From positions 6,563 to 70,562 of the forward strand of contig JBEKLS010000001.1 of assembly GCA_050010075.1 (NCBI GenBank): 64,000 nucleotides of DNA. The letters are read 5' to 3'. The stretch is from Candidatus Binatus sp. (GTDB taxonomy: Bacteria; Desulfobacterota; Binatia; Binatales; Binataceae). This document shows, piece by piece, positions 55,329 through 64,000 of this stretch; position 1 is the stretch's first letter, and every line of letters starts with the position of its first letter. The position numbers were made by a program, and so were the translations under genes. The notes beneath the pieces were generated by a model that ran no database searches, was not told the origin of the DNA, and saw nothing but the letters and a program-made list of their open reading frames with translations.

Positions 55329-57557
55329 ATGGCGAGCGCAAGAGCGTCAATCCTGGCTGCGAGATTTTCCTGGCGCACGTTCCTGTTCGGGATCGTGCTG
55401 CTCGGCTTGTGGTTCGGCTTCCACAACCGCTTCCTCAATGCATTCGACCGGATGGATCTGATTGCGTACGACCTGCGCATCAATACCGTCCCGCCGCATC
55501 CGTCCTCGGGCGCGATCGCTATCGCCGCGGTCGACGACAAGAGCATCGCGAAACTTGGGCAATGGCCATGGCCGCGGGCGGTGCTGGCGGAGCTGGTCAA
55601 TGCGCTCAAGGACTACCAGGTCAAGGTCGTCGGCTTCGATGCGATTTTCAGCGAAGAGGACAAGAGCGACGTAACGCGCGGGCAAACCAGCGAGAAGCTC
55701 GCGCAGCTTGGCCTTACGGGGCAGTCGATTCGCCAGGTGCTGGGTCCCAGCAACGACGAAGCCTTCGCGGCGTCGATGAAAGCGCAAGGTCTGACCGTGC
55801 TCGGCTACGCGTTCCAGAGCCATCATTTCCAGAGTCACTTCGCGATTGACAAAATGTCGGGGTTCCAGGAAAAAATTCGACCGCCCGGGCCGCTCGGTTA
55901 CAACATCGTTCGCCAGGCGCCGGGCCCGACGCATGAATTGATCAAGGCGCTCGCCTATCAACCGCCGTACGCGATTCTCGACGACGCCGCGCACTCGAGC
56001 GGATACTTCGACGTCGACGCGGACGAGGACGGCGTAATCCGCACCGAGATGACGGTCATCCGCTTCGACGGCCGCTACTGCGTGCCGCTGTTCCTCGCGA
56101 TCGTCGATGCGTACGCGGACGGTGCGACGATGATCCTGGGACTCGACTCGTTCGGGGTGGCGGGCGTGTCGGTCGCCGGCGTGGGAATACCGGTGGGTGA
56201 CGACGGCCGCATGCTGGTGAATTTTCGACGCGGCCCCGATCCGTTCCCGCACTATTCCATCTCGGACATCATCAACCACAAGATCGCGCCCGACAAGCTG
56301 GCCGGCAAGATCGTCCTGGTCGGCGCAACTGCCCACGGCCTCGGCGACCGCGGCGTGACTCCTGTGGACGGCGACATGGCGCGCGTCGATATCCACGCCC
56401 ACGCAATCGACAACGTGCTGCAGGGCGATTTCATCCGGCGCACTTACGAAGGCGCGGTCGAGATTCCGTTCTTCGGCGCGCTGCTGATGGGAGTCGCGAT
56501 ATCGCTTGGGGTCGCGTGGCTGTCGGCGATGGCGTCGGCGGCGCTCGGCGGAATTTTGGTGACCGGCTTTTTGTTTTACGCGCAGCGGCGGCTGCTCGAC
56601 GACGGCCTGGTCGTCGGCGTGGTCTTCCCGCTAATCACCGTGGTCATCATGTACATGTTCCTGGCCGGCTACCGGTACATCACCGAGGGCCGCGAAAAGC
56701 GCTACCTGCGCCTCGCCTTCGAGCACTACCTGAATCCCGACGTCATCACCTCGTTGCTGGAATCGCCCGAGGGTCTGAAGCTGGGTGGCGAGAAGCGTCA
56801 TCTGGCGATCCTCTTCGCCGACATCGTCAGCTTCACCAAGCGCGCCGAGAAGACGGAGCCCGAGGAGCTGCTCGCGCTGCTGAACACCTACATGACCTCG
56901 ATGATCGACGTCATTTTCAAAACTGGCGGCGTCGTCGACAAGCTGATGGGCGACGGCATCATGGCGTTCTGGGGCGCGCCCAACGATCTCGAAAATCCGT
57001 CGCGGGCCGCGATCGATTGCGCGCTCAGCATGCTCGACAATCTGCACGAGCTCCAGAAAAACGATCCGCGCTTCGTCGACCTCGACATCGGCATCGGCAT
57101 CTCGACCGGCGACGTCGTCGTCGGGAACCTCGGCGGCGAAAACCGTTTCGACTACTCCGTCATCGGCGACACCGTGAACTTCGCCTCGCGCCTTGAAGGG
57201 TTGACGCGCCATTTCAAGGTGCATCTGCTCGTCAGCCGCCAGACCTACAGCGAAGCCGGCGGCGGCTACATCGGGCGCGAGCTCGGATTGGTGAAGGTCA
57301 AGGGCAAGCAGCTCTACGTGCCGATAGTCCACGTGGCCGGGCGCGAGAACGACAGCGTCGATCCCTCGTTCTATCGCCATTTCGCCGACGCCCTGACAAT
57401 GATCCGCGCAGGCAACGTCTTTTCCGCGCGCCAGGAGCTCGAACGGCTCGGCGAAACGCGCCCCGACGATACTCCTGTGCAGATTTATCTCGACAAGCTG
57501 TCCGCCGACCCCGAACATCCTCCAACCGAGATGGTTTTCGAGTTCGAGAGCAAGTAA
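55329..57557 (+). CDS. CHASE2-sensor class III adenylyl/guanylyl cyclase
   Basis: There is an N-terminal transmembrane segment plus a periplasmic CHASE2-like domain, then three transmembrane segments. The C-terminal cyclase core is LAILFADIVSFT..., GDGIMAFWGAP, VVVGNLGGENRFDYSVIGDTVNFASRLE. Confidence 0.85.
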   Translation: MASARASILAARFSWRTFLFGIVLLGLWFGFHNRFLNAFDRMDLIAYDLRINTVPPHPSSGAIAIAAVDDKSIAKLGQWPWPRAVLAELVNALKDYQVKVVGFDAIFSEEDKSDVTRGQTSEKLAQLGLTGQSIRQVLGPSNDEAFAASMKAQGLTVLGYAFQSHHFQSHFAIDKMSGFQEKIRPPGPLGYNIVRQAPGPTHELIKALAYQPPYAILDDAAHSSGYFDVDADEDGVIRTEMTVIRFDGRYCVPLFLAIVDAYADGATMILGLDSFGVAGVSVAGVGIPVGDDGRMLVNFRRGPDPFPHYSISDIINHKIAPDKLAGKIVLVGATAHGLGDRGVTPVDGDMARVDIHAHAIDNVLQGDFIRRTYEGAVEIPFFGALLMGVAISLGVAWLSAMASAALGGILVTGFLFYAQRRLLDDGLVVGVVFPLITVVIMYMFLAGYRYITEGREKRYLRLAFEHYLNPDVITSLLESPEGLKLGGEKRHLAILFADIVSFTKRAEKTEPEELLALLNTYMTSMIDVIFKTGGVVDKLMGDGIMAFWGAPNDLENPSRAAIDCALSMLDNLHELQKNDPRFVDLDIGIGISTGDVVVGNLGGENRFDYSVIGDTVNFASRLEGLTRHFKVHLLVSRQTYSEAGGGYIGRELGLVKVKGKQLYVPIVHVAGRENDSVDPSFYRHFADALTMIRAGNVFSARQELERLGETRPDDTPVQIYLDKLSADPEHPPTEMVFEFESK

Positions 57558-57631
57558 CTGGCTCCGCGCGCGCAATTCTGATAACTGAGTGACTTCTGTC
57601 ACAACTCGCAAAGGAGCATGAGATTCCCCAA

Positions 57632-58687
57632 GTGGCTACGCACGACAAGGTCAAGGTGGCCGTGGTCGGCGCCTCCGGATACTCGGGTATCGAGGCCGTC
57701 CGCATTCTCGCCAGCCATCCGTTCGTCGAGCTGAGCGTGCTCACGTCCGAGCAATACGCCGGACGCGAGGTGGCCGACGTTCACCGCCACATGGCCGGCA
57801 TCGATTTGCCGCCGTTTGAAGAATTGCGCCCCGATCTGGTGCAGGGCCGCGCCGACGTCGCCATCTCATGCCTGCCCGAAACGGTCGGCACCGCCCACAC
57901 GACGGAGCTGATCAAGGCGGGCATCAAGGTGGTGGACCTGTCGGCGGATTTTCGGTTCAAGGATGCTGCGCAGTTCCGCACCACTTACGGCATGGATCAT
58001 CCAGCGCCGCAGCTCCTCAAGGAGGCGGTTTACGGCCTCAGCGAATTTCATCGCCACGAACTTCGCGAGGCGCGCCTCGTCGCCAACCCGGGATGCTTCC
58101 CGACTGGCGCGCTGCTGGCGCTGCTGCCGCTGATCAGGCGCGACCTGATCGAGCCGTCCTCGATAATCATCGACGCAAAGTCCGGCACCACCGGCGCTCG
58201 CCGCGCCGCATCGGTCGAGCAACTCTTCGCCGAGGTCAACGAGAACTTCCGCGCCTACAAGGTTGGCAACCATCGCCACGTCCCGGAGATGGAGCAGGAA
58301 ATCTCCGCCGCACTCGGCCGCGACATCGCGCTGCTGTTCGTGCCGCATCTGCTGCCGATTACGCGCGGTCTGCTGAGTTCGATTTTTATGCGCCCGCGGG
58401 CAGGCACGACCGAGAGCGACGTTCACGCCGCCTTCGAAGCGAGCTTCGCCAAGTCGCGCTTCGTCCGTTTGCTGAAACCGGGCGAACTGCCGGAGTTGCG
58501 CAACGTGCGCGCGACGAACTACTGCGAACTGGCGTTCGTCCTCGATCGCCGCAGCGAAACCCTGCTCGTGATAACGGCGATCGACAACCTCGGCAAGGGC
58601 GCCGCGGGCCAGGCGGTTCAAAACATGAACCTGATGCTGGGCTACGACGAAGCAGCCGGCCTCCTGAACGCCGCCCCCGTCCCCTGA
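57632..58687 (+). CDS. argC: N-acetyl-gamma-glutamyl-phosphate reductase
   Basis: VAVVGASGYSG, and the active-site cysteine in ANPGCFPTGALLALLPL. Confidence 0.9.
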   Translation: MATHDKVKVAVVGASGYSGIEAVRILASHPFVELSVLTSEQYAGREVADVHRHMAGIDLPPFEELRPDLVQGRADVAISCLPETVGTAHTTELIKAGIKVVDLSADFRFKDAAQFRTTYGMDHPAPQLLKEAVYGLSEFHRHELREARLVANPGCFPTGALLALLPLIRRDLIEPSSIIIDAKSGTTGARRAASVEQLFAEVNENFRAYKVGNHRHVPEMEQEISAALGRDIALLFVPHLLPITRGLLSSIFMRPRAGTTESDVHAAFEASFAKSRFVRLLKPGELPELRNVRATNYCELAFVLDRRSETLLVITAIDNLGKGAAGQAVQNMNLMLGYDEAAGLLNAAPVP

Positions 58688-58695
58688 TCCTAATA

Positions 58696-58718
58696 GCCTC
58701 TCCCTGTCAGGGAGAGGC
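58696..58718. repeat. REP-like palindrome, family A
   Basis: gcctctccctgtcagggagaggc, 9 bp after the argC stop. Confidence 0.6.
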
Positions 58719-58900
58719 GCATTTCGGACTCCGCGCTGACGCTGGTCTCGGCTGACTATACGAAACCCTGCGTTCATCTAATCAAACTTGCCTTGCTCAT
58801 TACCGTCCAATAATTTGGAAGATGCACTCGCTGTATATGCGTAACCTTCGGTCGTCGTACCTACGACCGCGAACTTAGACTCGACTTTCGGCACTTCATT

Positions 58901-61900
58901 ATGTGGATCGTTCGTCTCGCGCTTCGCCGGCCGCTCTCGGTTGCCGTCATGGCGCTCCTGATGCTCGTGCTGGGCGTGCTGAGCTTCGGCCTCATGAACG
59001 TCGACATCTTCCCGGCCATCAATCTGCCGGTCGTCATGGTGGTGTGGAATTATCCGGGCCTGTCCGCTTTCGACGTCGAGCGCCGCATGGTCTTCATCTC
59101 CGAGCGCGCGTACTCGACCACCGTCAACGGCATCGAGCATATCGAATCCGAATCGATCAACGGCATCGGCCTGCTCAAGGTTTATTTCCAGCCAGAGACC
59201 GACATCGGCGGCGCGATCGCGCAAATCAACGCGGTGTCAGAGACCATCCTGAGCAACCTGCCGCGCGGCGTCGAGCCGCCGCAGATCATTTCGTACAACG
59301 CCAGCAATGTTCCGGTCGCGCAGCTCAACATCTACAGCGACGTTCTTTCGACCAGCAAGCTGTTCGACTACGGCCTCAACTTCATCCGCATCCAGCTCTT
59401 CACGATTCCCGGATTTTCCTCGCCTGCTCCGCTCGGCGGTGTGAGCCGCGCGGTGATGGCCAACCTCGATCCCACCGCGCTCTACGCCAACGGAATCTCC
59501 GCCTACGACGTCGGCAACGCGCTGGACGCGACCAACGTCGTCATCCCGTCGGGCACCGCCAAGATGGGCAATTACGAATACAACGTCGACATGAACATGT
59601 CGGTGCCGAAAGTCTCGGACTTCAACAAGCTGCCGATCAAGTACCTCAACGGTGCGCCGGTCTTCCTCGATGACGTCGCGCATGTCACCGACACACATCA
59701 GCCGCAGACCAACGTCGTGCGCTTCAACGGAGTGGATGCCACCTACTTGCTGGTCGTCAAACACGCCGACGCGTCCACCCTGAGCGTCGTGGATGCGGTC
59801 AAAGCAAAGCTGCCCGAGATTCGCGCCACCGCGCCCAAGGGCCTGAACGTGATGCTCACGTTCGACCAGTCGCAATTCGTGCGCGCTGCGCTGAAAGACG
59901 TGGTGCAGGAGGCGATCACCGCGGCGGCGCTGGTCGCGATCATGGTGCTGCTGTTTTTAGGATCGCCGCGCAGCATGATCATCGTGATCACTTCGATTCC
60001 GCTGTCGATTCTGAACGCGATCATTTTCCTGCACCTTGCCGGACAGACGATCAACACGATGACGCTCGGCGGAATCGCGCTCGCAGTCGGCATGTTGGTC
60101 GATGACGCCACGGTCGAGGTCGAAAACATCCATCGCAACCAGGCGCTGCACAAGCCGCTGCTGGTCGCGATACTCGACGGCGCGTCGCAAATCGCCACGC
60201 CGACCTTTGTCGGCACGCTCGCCATCTGCATCGTCTTTTTCCCGGTCGTGTTGCTGACCGGCGTTGCAAAATTTCTGTTTACACCGCTGGCGCTTGCGGT
60301 CGTTTTCTCGATGCTCACCTCGTACCTGCTCTCGCGCACGCTCGTTCCCAGCATGGCGCGCCTGCTGCTCCCCGAAGATCACGAGGAAAACCTGGGCAGC
60401 GGCCGATGGGGCCGCATCGTGCGCGGCTTCGACGCCCGCTTCGAGCGGATCAAGCATCATTATCGCTACGCGCTGGCGGGATTCATCGCGCGCAGAAATT
60501 TCGCACTGAGCTTTGTCGCCATAATAATTCTGTCCTCGTTGGCGTTGCTGCTCGTGGTCGGCGAAGACTTCTTCCCCAGCATCGACGCCGGCATGATGAG
60601 CTTGCACGTGAGGATGCCGACCGGAACGCGGGTCGAACACACCGAGTTCGTAGTCGACAGAATCGAACGCGCCATTCGGACCGTGGTGCCCGCCGACGAA
60701 CTGCAGGGCATCAGCGACAACATCGGCTTGCCGCTTTCGTACGATTTGGCCTTCTACCAGACTGATTCGATCGGGCCGCAGGATGCGGACCTGCTGATCC
60801 AGTTGAAGCCCGACCACAAGCCGACCGCCGGCTATCAGCAGAAGATTCGCGAGCTGCTATCCGCCAAGTTTCCCAACGTCACCGTGTACTTTCAGGCCGC
60901 CGACATCGTCAGCCAGGTACTGAATTTCGGCCTGCCCGCGGCTATCGACGCGCAGATCAACGGCAACGACCTCGAATCCGACTACGACATCGCGCTGCGC
61001 CTGAAGAACAAGATGGGCCTCATCCCCGGAGTCAGCGATCTCAGGATTGCCGAGCCGCAGGACTATCCGACGTTCATGGTCGACGTCGACCGCACCAAGG
61101 CCCTGCAACTCGGCATTACGCAGCAGGAGGTCGCCTCGAGCATGCTGGCGACGCTCTCTGGCGCCACGCTGTTGCAGCCCAACTTCTGGCTCGATCCAAA
61201 GTCGGGCGTCAACTACACCGTCGTCGCGCAGTCGCCGCAGCATCTGATCGACTCGGTCGCCACGCTGTCGGACATACCGCTCAGCACTCCCTCGTCGTCG
61301 TCCGGAATCAACGGCATACCCTCGTCCTCCACGACTGATCCGAACACCCAGGCGCAGGCGCAATTGCTGGGCAATCTCAGCGTGATCAATCACAGATGGG
61401 ATCCCGCCGTCGTCGCGCATTACACCGTCCAGCGCGTCATCGACGTCGACTGCGCGGTGCAGGGCCGCGACCTCGGCGGCGTCGCTTCCGCGGTGCAGCG
61501 TGCGATCGACAGTCTCGGCAAAATGCCAGCCGGCACCCACGTCGTCATTCGCGGGCAGAGCCAGGCGATGCGCGACTCGTTCAAGACGCTCGGCGAGGGC
61601 CTGGTGCTCGCAATCATCCTCGTCTACCTGCTGATGGTCGCGAACTTTCAGTCGTGGCTCGAGCCCTTCATCATCATGATGGCGGTGCCGGGCGCGCTGG
61701 CCGGCGTGCTCTGGATGCTCGCGATCACGGGCACGACCATCAACGTCGAATCGCTGATGGGCGCGATCATGGCGGTCGGCGTCGGCGTCGCCAACGGCAA
61801 CCTGCTCATTACTTTTGCTAACGAGCTGCGCGAGGAAGGCTACAGCCCGCTCGCCGCCGCCATCGAGGCCGGCCGCATCCGCTTCCGCCCGATCATCATG

Positions 61901-62125
61901 ACCGCGCTCGCGATGATTCTCGGCATGCTCCCGATGGCGTTGTCGCTCGGTTCCGGTTCCGAGCAGAACGCGCCGCTCGGACGCGCCGTGATCGGCGGCC
62001 TGATGGCTGCCACAATGATGACGCTGTTCGTTGTGCCGGCCGTCTATTCAATCTTCGGCCGCGATGTGATCGGCAAAAAGCAGCGCGACGCCGAGATCGA
62101 AGCAGTCACGCTACCCGGTGCTTAG
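58901..62125 (+). CDS. RND efflux transporter permease (AcrB/CzcA superfamily)
   Basis: 1074 aa and 12 transmembrane segments. Canonical RND N-terminus: RRPLSVAVMALLMLVLGVLSFGLMNVDIFPAINLPVVMV. Confidence 0.9.
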   Translation: MWIVRLALRRPLSVAVMALLMLVLGVLSFGLMNVDIFPAINLPVVMVVWNYPGLSAFDVERRMVFISERAYSTTVNGIEHIESESINGIGLLKVYFQPETDIGGAIAQINAVSETILSNLPRGVEPPQIISYNASNVPVAQLNIYSDVLSTSKLFDYGLNFIRIQLFTIPGFSSPAPLGGVSRAVMANLDPTALYANGISAYDVGNALDATNVVIPSGTAKMGNYEYNVDMNMSVPKVSDFNKLPIKYLNGAPVFLDDVAHVTDTHQPQTNVVRFNGVDATYLLVVKHADASTLSVVDAVKAKLPEIRATAPKGLNVMLTFDQSQFVRAALKDVVQEAITAAALVAIMVLLFLGSPRSMIIVITSIPLSILNAIIFLHLAGQTINTMTLGGIALAVGMLVDDATVEVENIHRNQALHKPLLVAILDGASQIATPTFVGTLAICIVFFPVVLLTGVAKFLFTPLALAVVFSMLTSYLLSRTLVPSMARLLLPEDHEENLGSGRWGRIVRGFDARFERIKHHYRYALAGFIARRNFALSFVAIIILSSLALLLVVGEDFFPSIDAGMMSLHVRMPTGTRVEHTEFVVDRIERAIRTVVPADELQGISDNIGLPLSYDLAFYQTDSIGPQDADLLIQLKPDHKPTAGYQQKIRELLSAKFPNVTVYFQAADIVSQVLNFGLPAAIDAQINGNDLESDYDIALRLKNKMGLIPGVSDLRIAEPQDYPTFMVDVDRTKALQLGITQQEVASSMLATLSGATLLQPNFWLDPKSGVNYTVVAQSPQHLIDSVATLSDIPLSTPSSSSGINGIPSSSTTDPNTQAQAQLLGNLSVINHRWDPAVVAHYTVQRVIDVDCAVQGRDLGGVASAVQRAIDSLGKMPAGTHVVIRGQSQAMRDSFKTLGEGLVLAIILVYLLMVANFQSWLEPFIIMMAVPGALAGVLWMLAITGTTINVESLMGAIMAVGVGVANGNLLITFANELREEGYSPLAAAIEAGRIRFRPIIMTALAMILGMLPMALSLGSGSEQNAPLGRAVIGGLMAATMMTLFVVPAVYSIFGRDVIGKKQRDAEIEAVTLPGA

Positions 62126-62136
62126 AATTAATAAAC

Positions 62137-63285
62137 ATGGCTGACCAAGAAGAAGACGATCCGAAAAATTTCAGCGTGCCCGCACCCGGCGGATTTTTCT
62201 TTGCCGGCTGGATCATCGCGATCATTATCATTCTGGTCGCGACTGCGGGCCTCGTGCTCGCCCGCGAGCTCTGGCTCGGCCGCCAGACGTCGGATCTCGC
62301 ACAGCAGCAGCAGCCCGGCCCGCACGTGCTGGTTTCCGACGTTTTGCAGGCGCCGCCGACCCGCGCTCTCAAGCTGCCTGCGACCATTCGCGGCTTCGAC
62401 GAGACCGACATTTACGCCAAGGTTCCCGGCTACCTGAAGACCATCAAGGTCGACAAGGGCGACCGCATCCATACCGGCGAGCTGATTGCCATCCTCACGT
62501 CGCCCGAACTCGACCAACAGACCGCCAATGCGCGCGCCAACTACAACCTCGCCCTCATCACTGACAAGCGCAACCAGGAACTTGTACGCGCCCAGGTAAT
62601 TCCGCAGCAGACTGCCGATGATACCCATGGAGCGATGCTGCAGGCGCTCGCTACCCTCAAACAGGACATCGCCTATCAGGCCTACGAGACAATCACGGCG
62701 CCCTTCGACGGCATCGTCACGGCGCGCTATATCGATCCCGGCCACCTCGTGCCCGCGAACACAACCCCGGGCACGCCCGGCAACGGCGCAATCATCAGCG
62801 TGGCCCGCATGGCTCCCCTGCGCGTGTTTATCTATGTGCCGCAGAATGTCGCGCCGTTCATCAAGGACGGCGATGCGGCCACGATCACCGCGGCCGGCTA
62901 CGCCGGTCAGAAATTCATCGGGACCATCACGCGTCATCCCGAGGCACTCTCGGCCGACACGCGCACGATGCTGGTGGAAGTCGATCTCCCCAACGAAAAT
63001 GAGGCGCTCTATCCCGGAATGTACGCGACCGCGGAATTCACGGTGGCGATGGGAACGGGAGTTCCGATGGTCCCTGACGACGCGCTGATATTCCGCGACG
63101 GCAAGGTCTACGTGCCGGTCGTTCGCAACAATCAACTGCACCTGGTCGAAGTGACGCTGGGTTATGACAACGGGCAAACCGTGGAAATAAACAGCGGCAT
63201 CGAAAAATCGGACAAGGTAGCGGTGAACGTAGGCCAGGCCGCTCGCGACGGCGAAAACGTCCAACCGGTAGAAAACACCCAGTAG
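62137..63285 (+). CDS. RND efflux periplasmic adaptor (membrane fusion protein, HlyD family)
   Basis: N-terminal transmembrane anchor, then biotinyl-lipoyl hairpin motifs (VKVDKGDRIHTGELIAIL) and a beta-barrel domain. Confidence 0.85.
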   Translation: MADQEEDDPKNFSVPAPGGFFFAGWIIAIIIILVATAGLVLARELWLGRQTSDLAQQQQPGPHVLVSDVLQAPPTRALKLPATIRGFDETDIYAKVPGYLKTIKVDKGDRIHTGELIAILTSPELDQQTANARANYNLALITDKRNQELVRAQVIPQQTADDTHGAMLQALATLKQDIAYQAYETITAPFDGIVTARYIDPGHLVPANTTPGTPGNGAIISVARMAPLRVFIYVPQNVAPFIKDGDAATITAAGYAGQKFIGTITRHPEALSADTRTMLVEVDLPNENEALYPGMYATAEFTVAMGTGVPMVPDDALIFRDGKVYVPVVRNNQLHLVEVTLGYDNGQTVEINSGIEKSDKVAVNVGQAARDGENVQPVENTQ

Positions 63286-63501
63286 TCTTTCCGCTCGGTT
63301 TGTTCCGTCGCCGGATGCGCGAAAAGGCACGGCCCGTATCGTTTGCGTCATTTCGTGCCCGCGAAGATCTCGACATCAGTCGCGTGCCGGGTCGTCTTCG
63401 CACATCTCGCTTTTGCCTCTTGGCAATATCGCCTCGATCTGCTTTTCTTGGCCCGAAGGCGGGAACTCCGCTTTCCTAACCTAACCGGGAGCAAAATATA
63501 A

Positions 63502-63822
63502 ATGCGGAATCTGCGGATCATTGTGGCCTGCTGCGCGATCCTTGTCGCTTCGGGATGCTCGAAATCAAATCCTCTGCTCGGCAAATGGAAGCTGGCGCCG
63601 AACTCACCCAACGAATGCTTCCAGCTCAGTCAAATCCAGTTTGGCGACCAGACCATGACGATGGCCACTCCGCTGGCTCCCGTGTCCATGGCTGTGACCT
63701 ATTCCCGCGACGGCGACAACTACATGGTCACCGCGGCGAACGGCCAGGCCTTTTCATTCCAAACAGAGAGCGGCGGACTGAAGTCAGTCTCCCCGGAATG
63801 CCATCTGGTGCCTGACAACTAG
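63502..63822 (+). CDS. Small lipoprotein, hypothetical
   Basis: Lipobox ILVASGC. 106 aa. Confidence 0.5.
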   Translation: MRNLRIIVACCAILVASGCSKSNPLLGKWKLAPNSPNECFQLSQIQFGDQTMTMATPLAPVSMAVTYSRDGDNYMVTAANGQAFSFQTESGGLKSVSPECHLVPDN

Positions 63823-64000
63823 AACGCTCGCTTCGCGAAGACATTACAGATTTGTCCGGATGGGCCTGAAGGAAAAAGTTCATCTTGTGGGTGCGGCCGC
63901 GCGTGTGCTCGCGGTCGATCGCGATCCAGAACAGTGGAGATCCTTGAGGGAGGCCGACTTTTATCGCCGCATGAAAATACCGACGGTCTCTCTGCGCGAA

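Noticed and set aside
55347-57611. 351-aa and 326-aa minus-strand ORFs
   Set aside because: Antisense shadows of the CHASE2 cyclase gene.
1-64000. CRISPR arrays, rRNA genes, transposases/integrases, classical toxin-antitoxin pairs
   Set aside because: I looked for direct-repeat/spacer periodicity and for DDE, tyrosine-recombinase or serine-recombinase motifs. None was found. All repeats seen are dispersed palindromic or MITE-type elements, not CRISPR.

Overview
This is a 64 kb chromosomal segment of a high-GC (about 66-68 %) Gram-negative-type bacterium. I infer Gram-negative from the LpxL-like acyltransferase, an RND pump with a periplasmic adaptor, and lipoprotein signals; I cannot place the organism more precisely. 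Coding density is high and almost every third-base-GC-skewed frame carries a long antisense shadow ORF, so the six-frame track overcalls heavily. I support about 58 CDS, one tRNA-Asp, two rho-independent terminators and four families of dispersed intergenic repeats. There is no CRISPR array, rRNA gene or obvious transposase.

The most notable locus is at the left edge (1-3243). An ECF sigma factor and a zinc-binding anti-sigma factor lie divergently upstream of a three-gene operon: a small six-cysteine secreted peptide, a DUF692 enzyme of the MNIO family (multinuclear non-heme iron-dependent oxidative enzymes), and a DUF2063 partner protein. The anti-sigma gene is missing from the ORF table. 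This has the architecture of the recently recognised bufferin RiPP (ribosomally synthesised, post-translationally modified peptide) systems that make copper-binding peptides. A GNAT-like 375-aa protein and a DUF1329-like secreted protein follow directly.

Other content, left to right:
- A ribosomal-protein operon rpsF / priB-like / rpsR / rplI with a DUF2232 membrane protein inserted before rplI.
- Glycogen and sugar-nucleotide genes (glgC, a phosphomannomutase/phosphoglucomutase, a GDP-mannose pyrophosphorylase).
- A complete ISC iron-sulfur operon iscS-iscU-iscA-hscB-hscA-iscX with no fdx.
- Crotonyl-CoA carboxylase/reductase close to an acyl-CoA dehydrogenase / two MaoC hot-dog hydratases / CitE-like lyase module (a C5-dicarboxylyl-CoA pathway).
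- tRNA-Asp followed by rplM-rpsI.
- A module of FecR-domain protein, secreted protein and CHASE2 class III adenylyl cyclase.
- argC.
- An RND efflux pair in the unusual order permease then adaptor.

The unexplained structure is mostly in the repeats:
- A 23-bp perfect palindrome, gcctctccctNtcagggagaggc, in 7 copies, usually just after stop codons.
- A 63-bp two-hairpin element in 4 copies; two inverted copies precisely flank a PQQ beta-propeller gene.
- A MITE-like family with TGTCATYC termini (about 150-235 bp), sometimes preceded by a cccttccaccaggggaagggg motif; one tandem cluster of these generated a spurious 244-aa ORF.
- A 260-bp long palindromic element between convergent genes.

Smaller oddities include several small zinc-ribbon ORFs (one absent from the ORF table), a cyclase with a histone-H1-like lysine/alanine-rich N-terminus, a secreted Gly/Tyr/Asn repeat protein, and a stand-alone lower-GC ATP-dependent DNA ligase.
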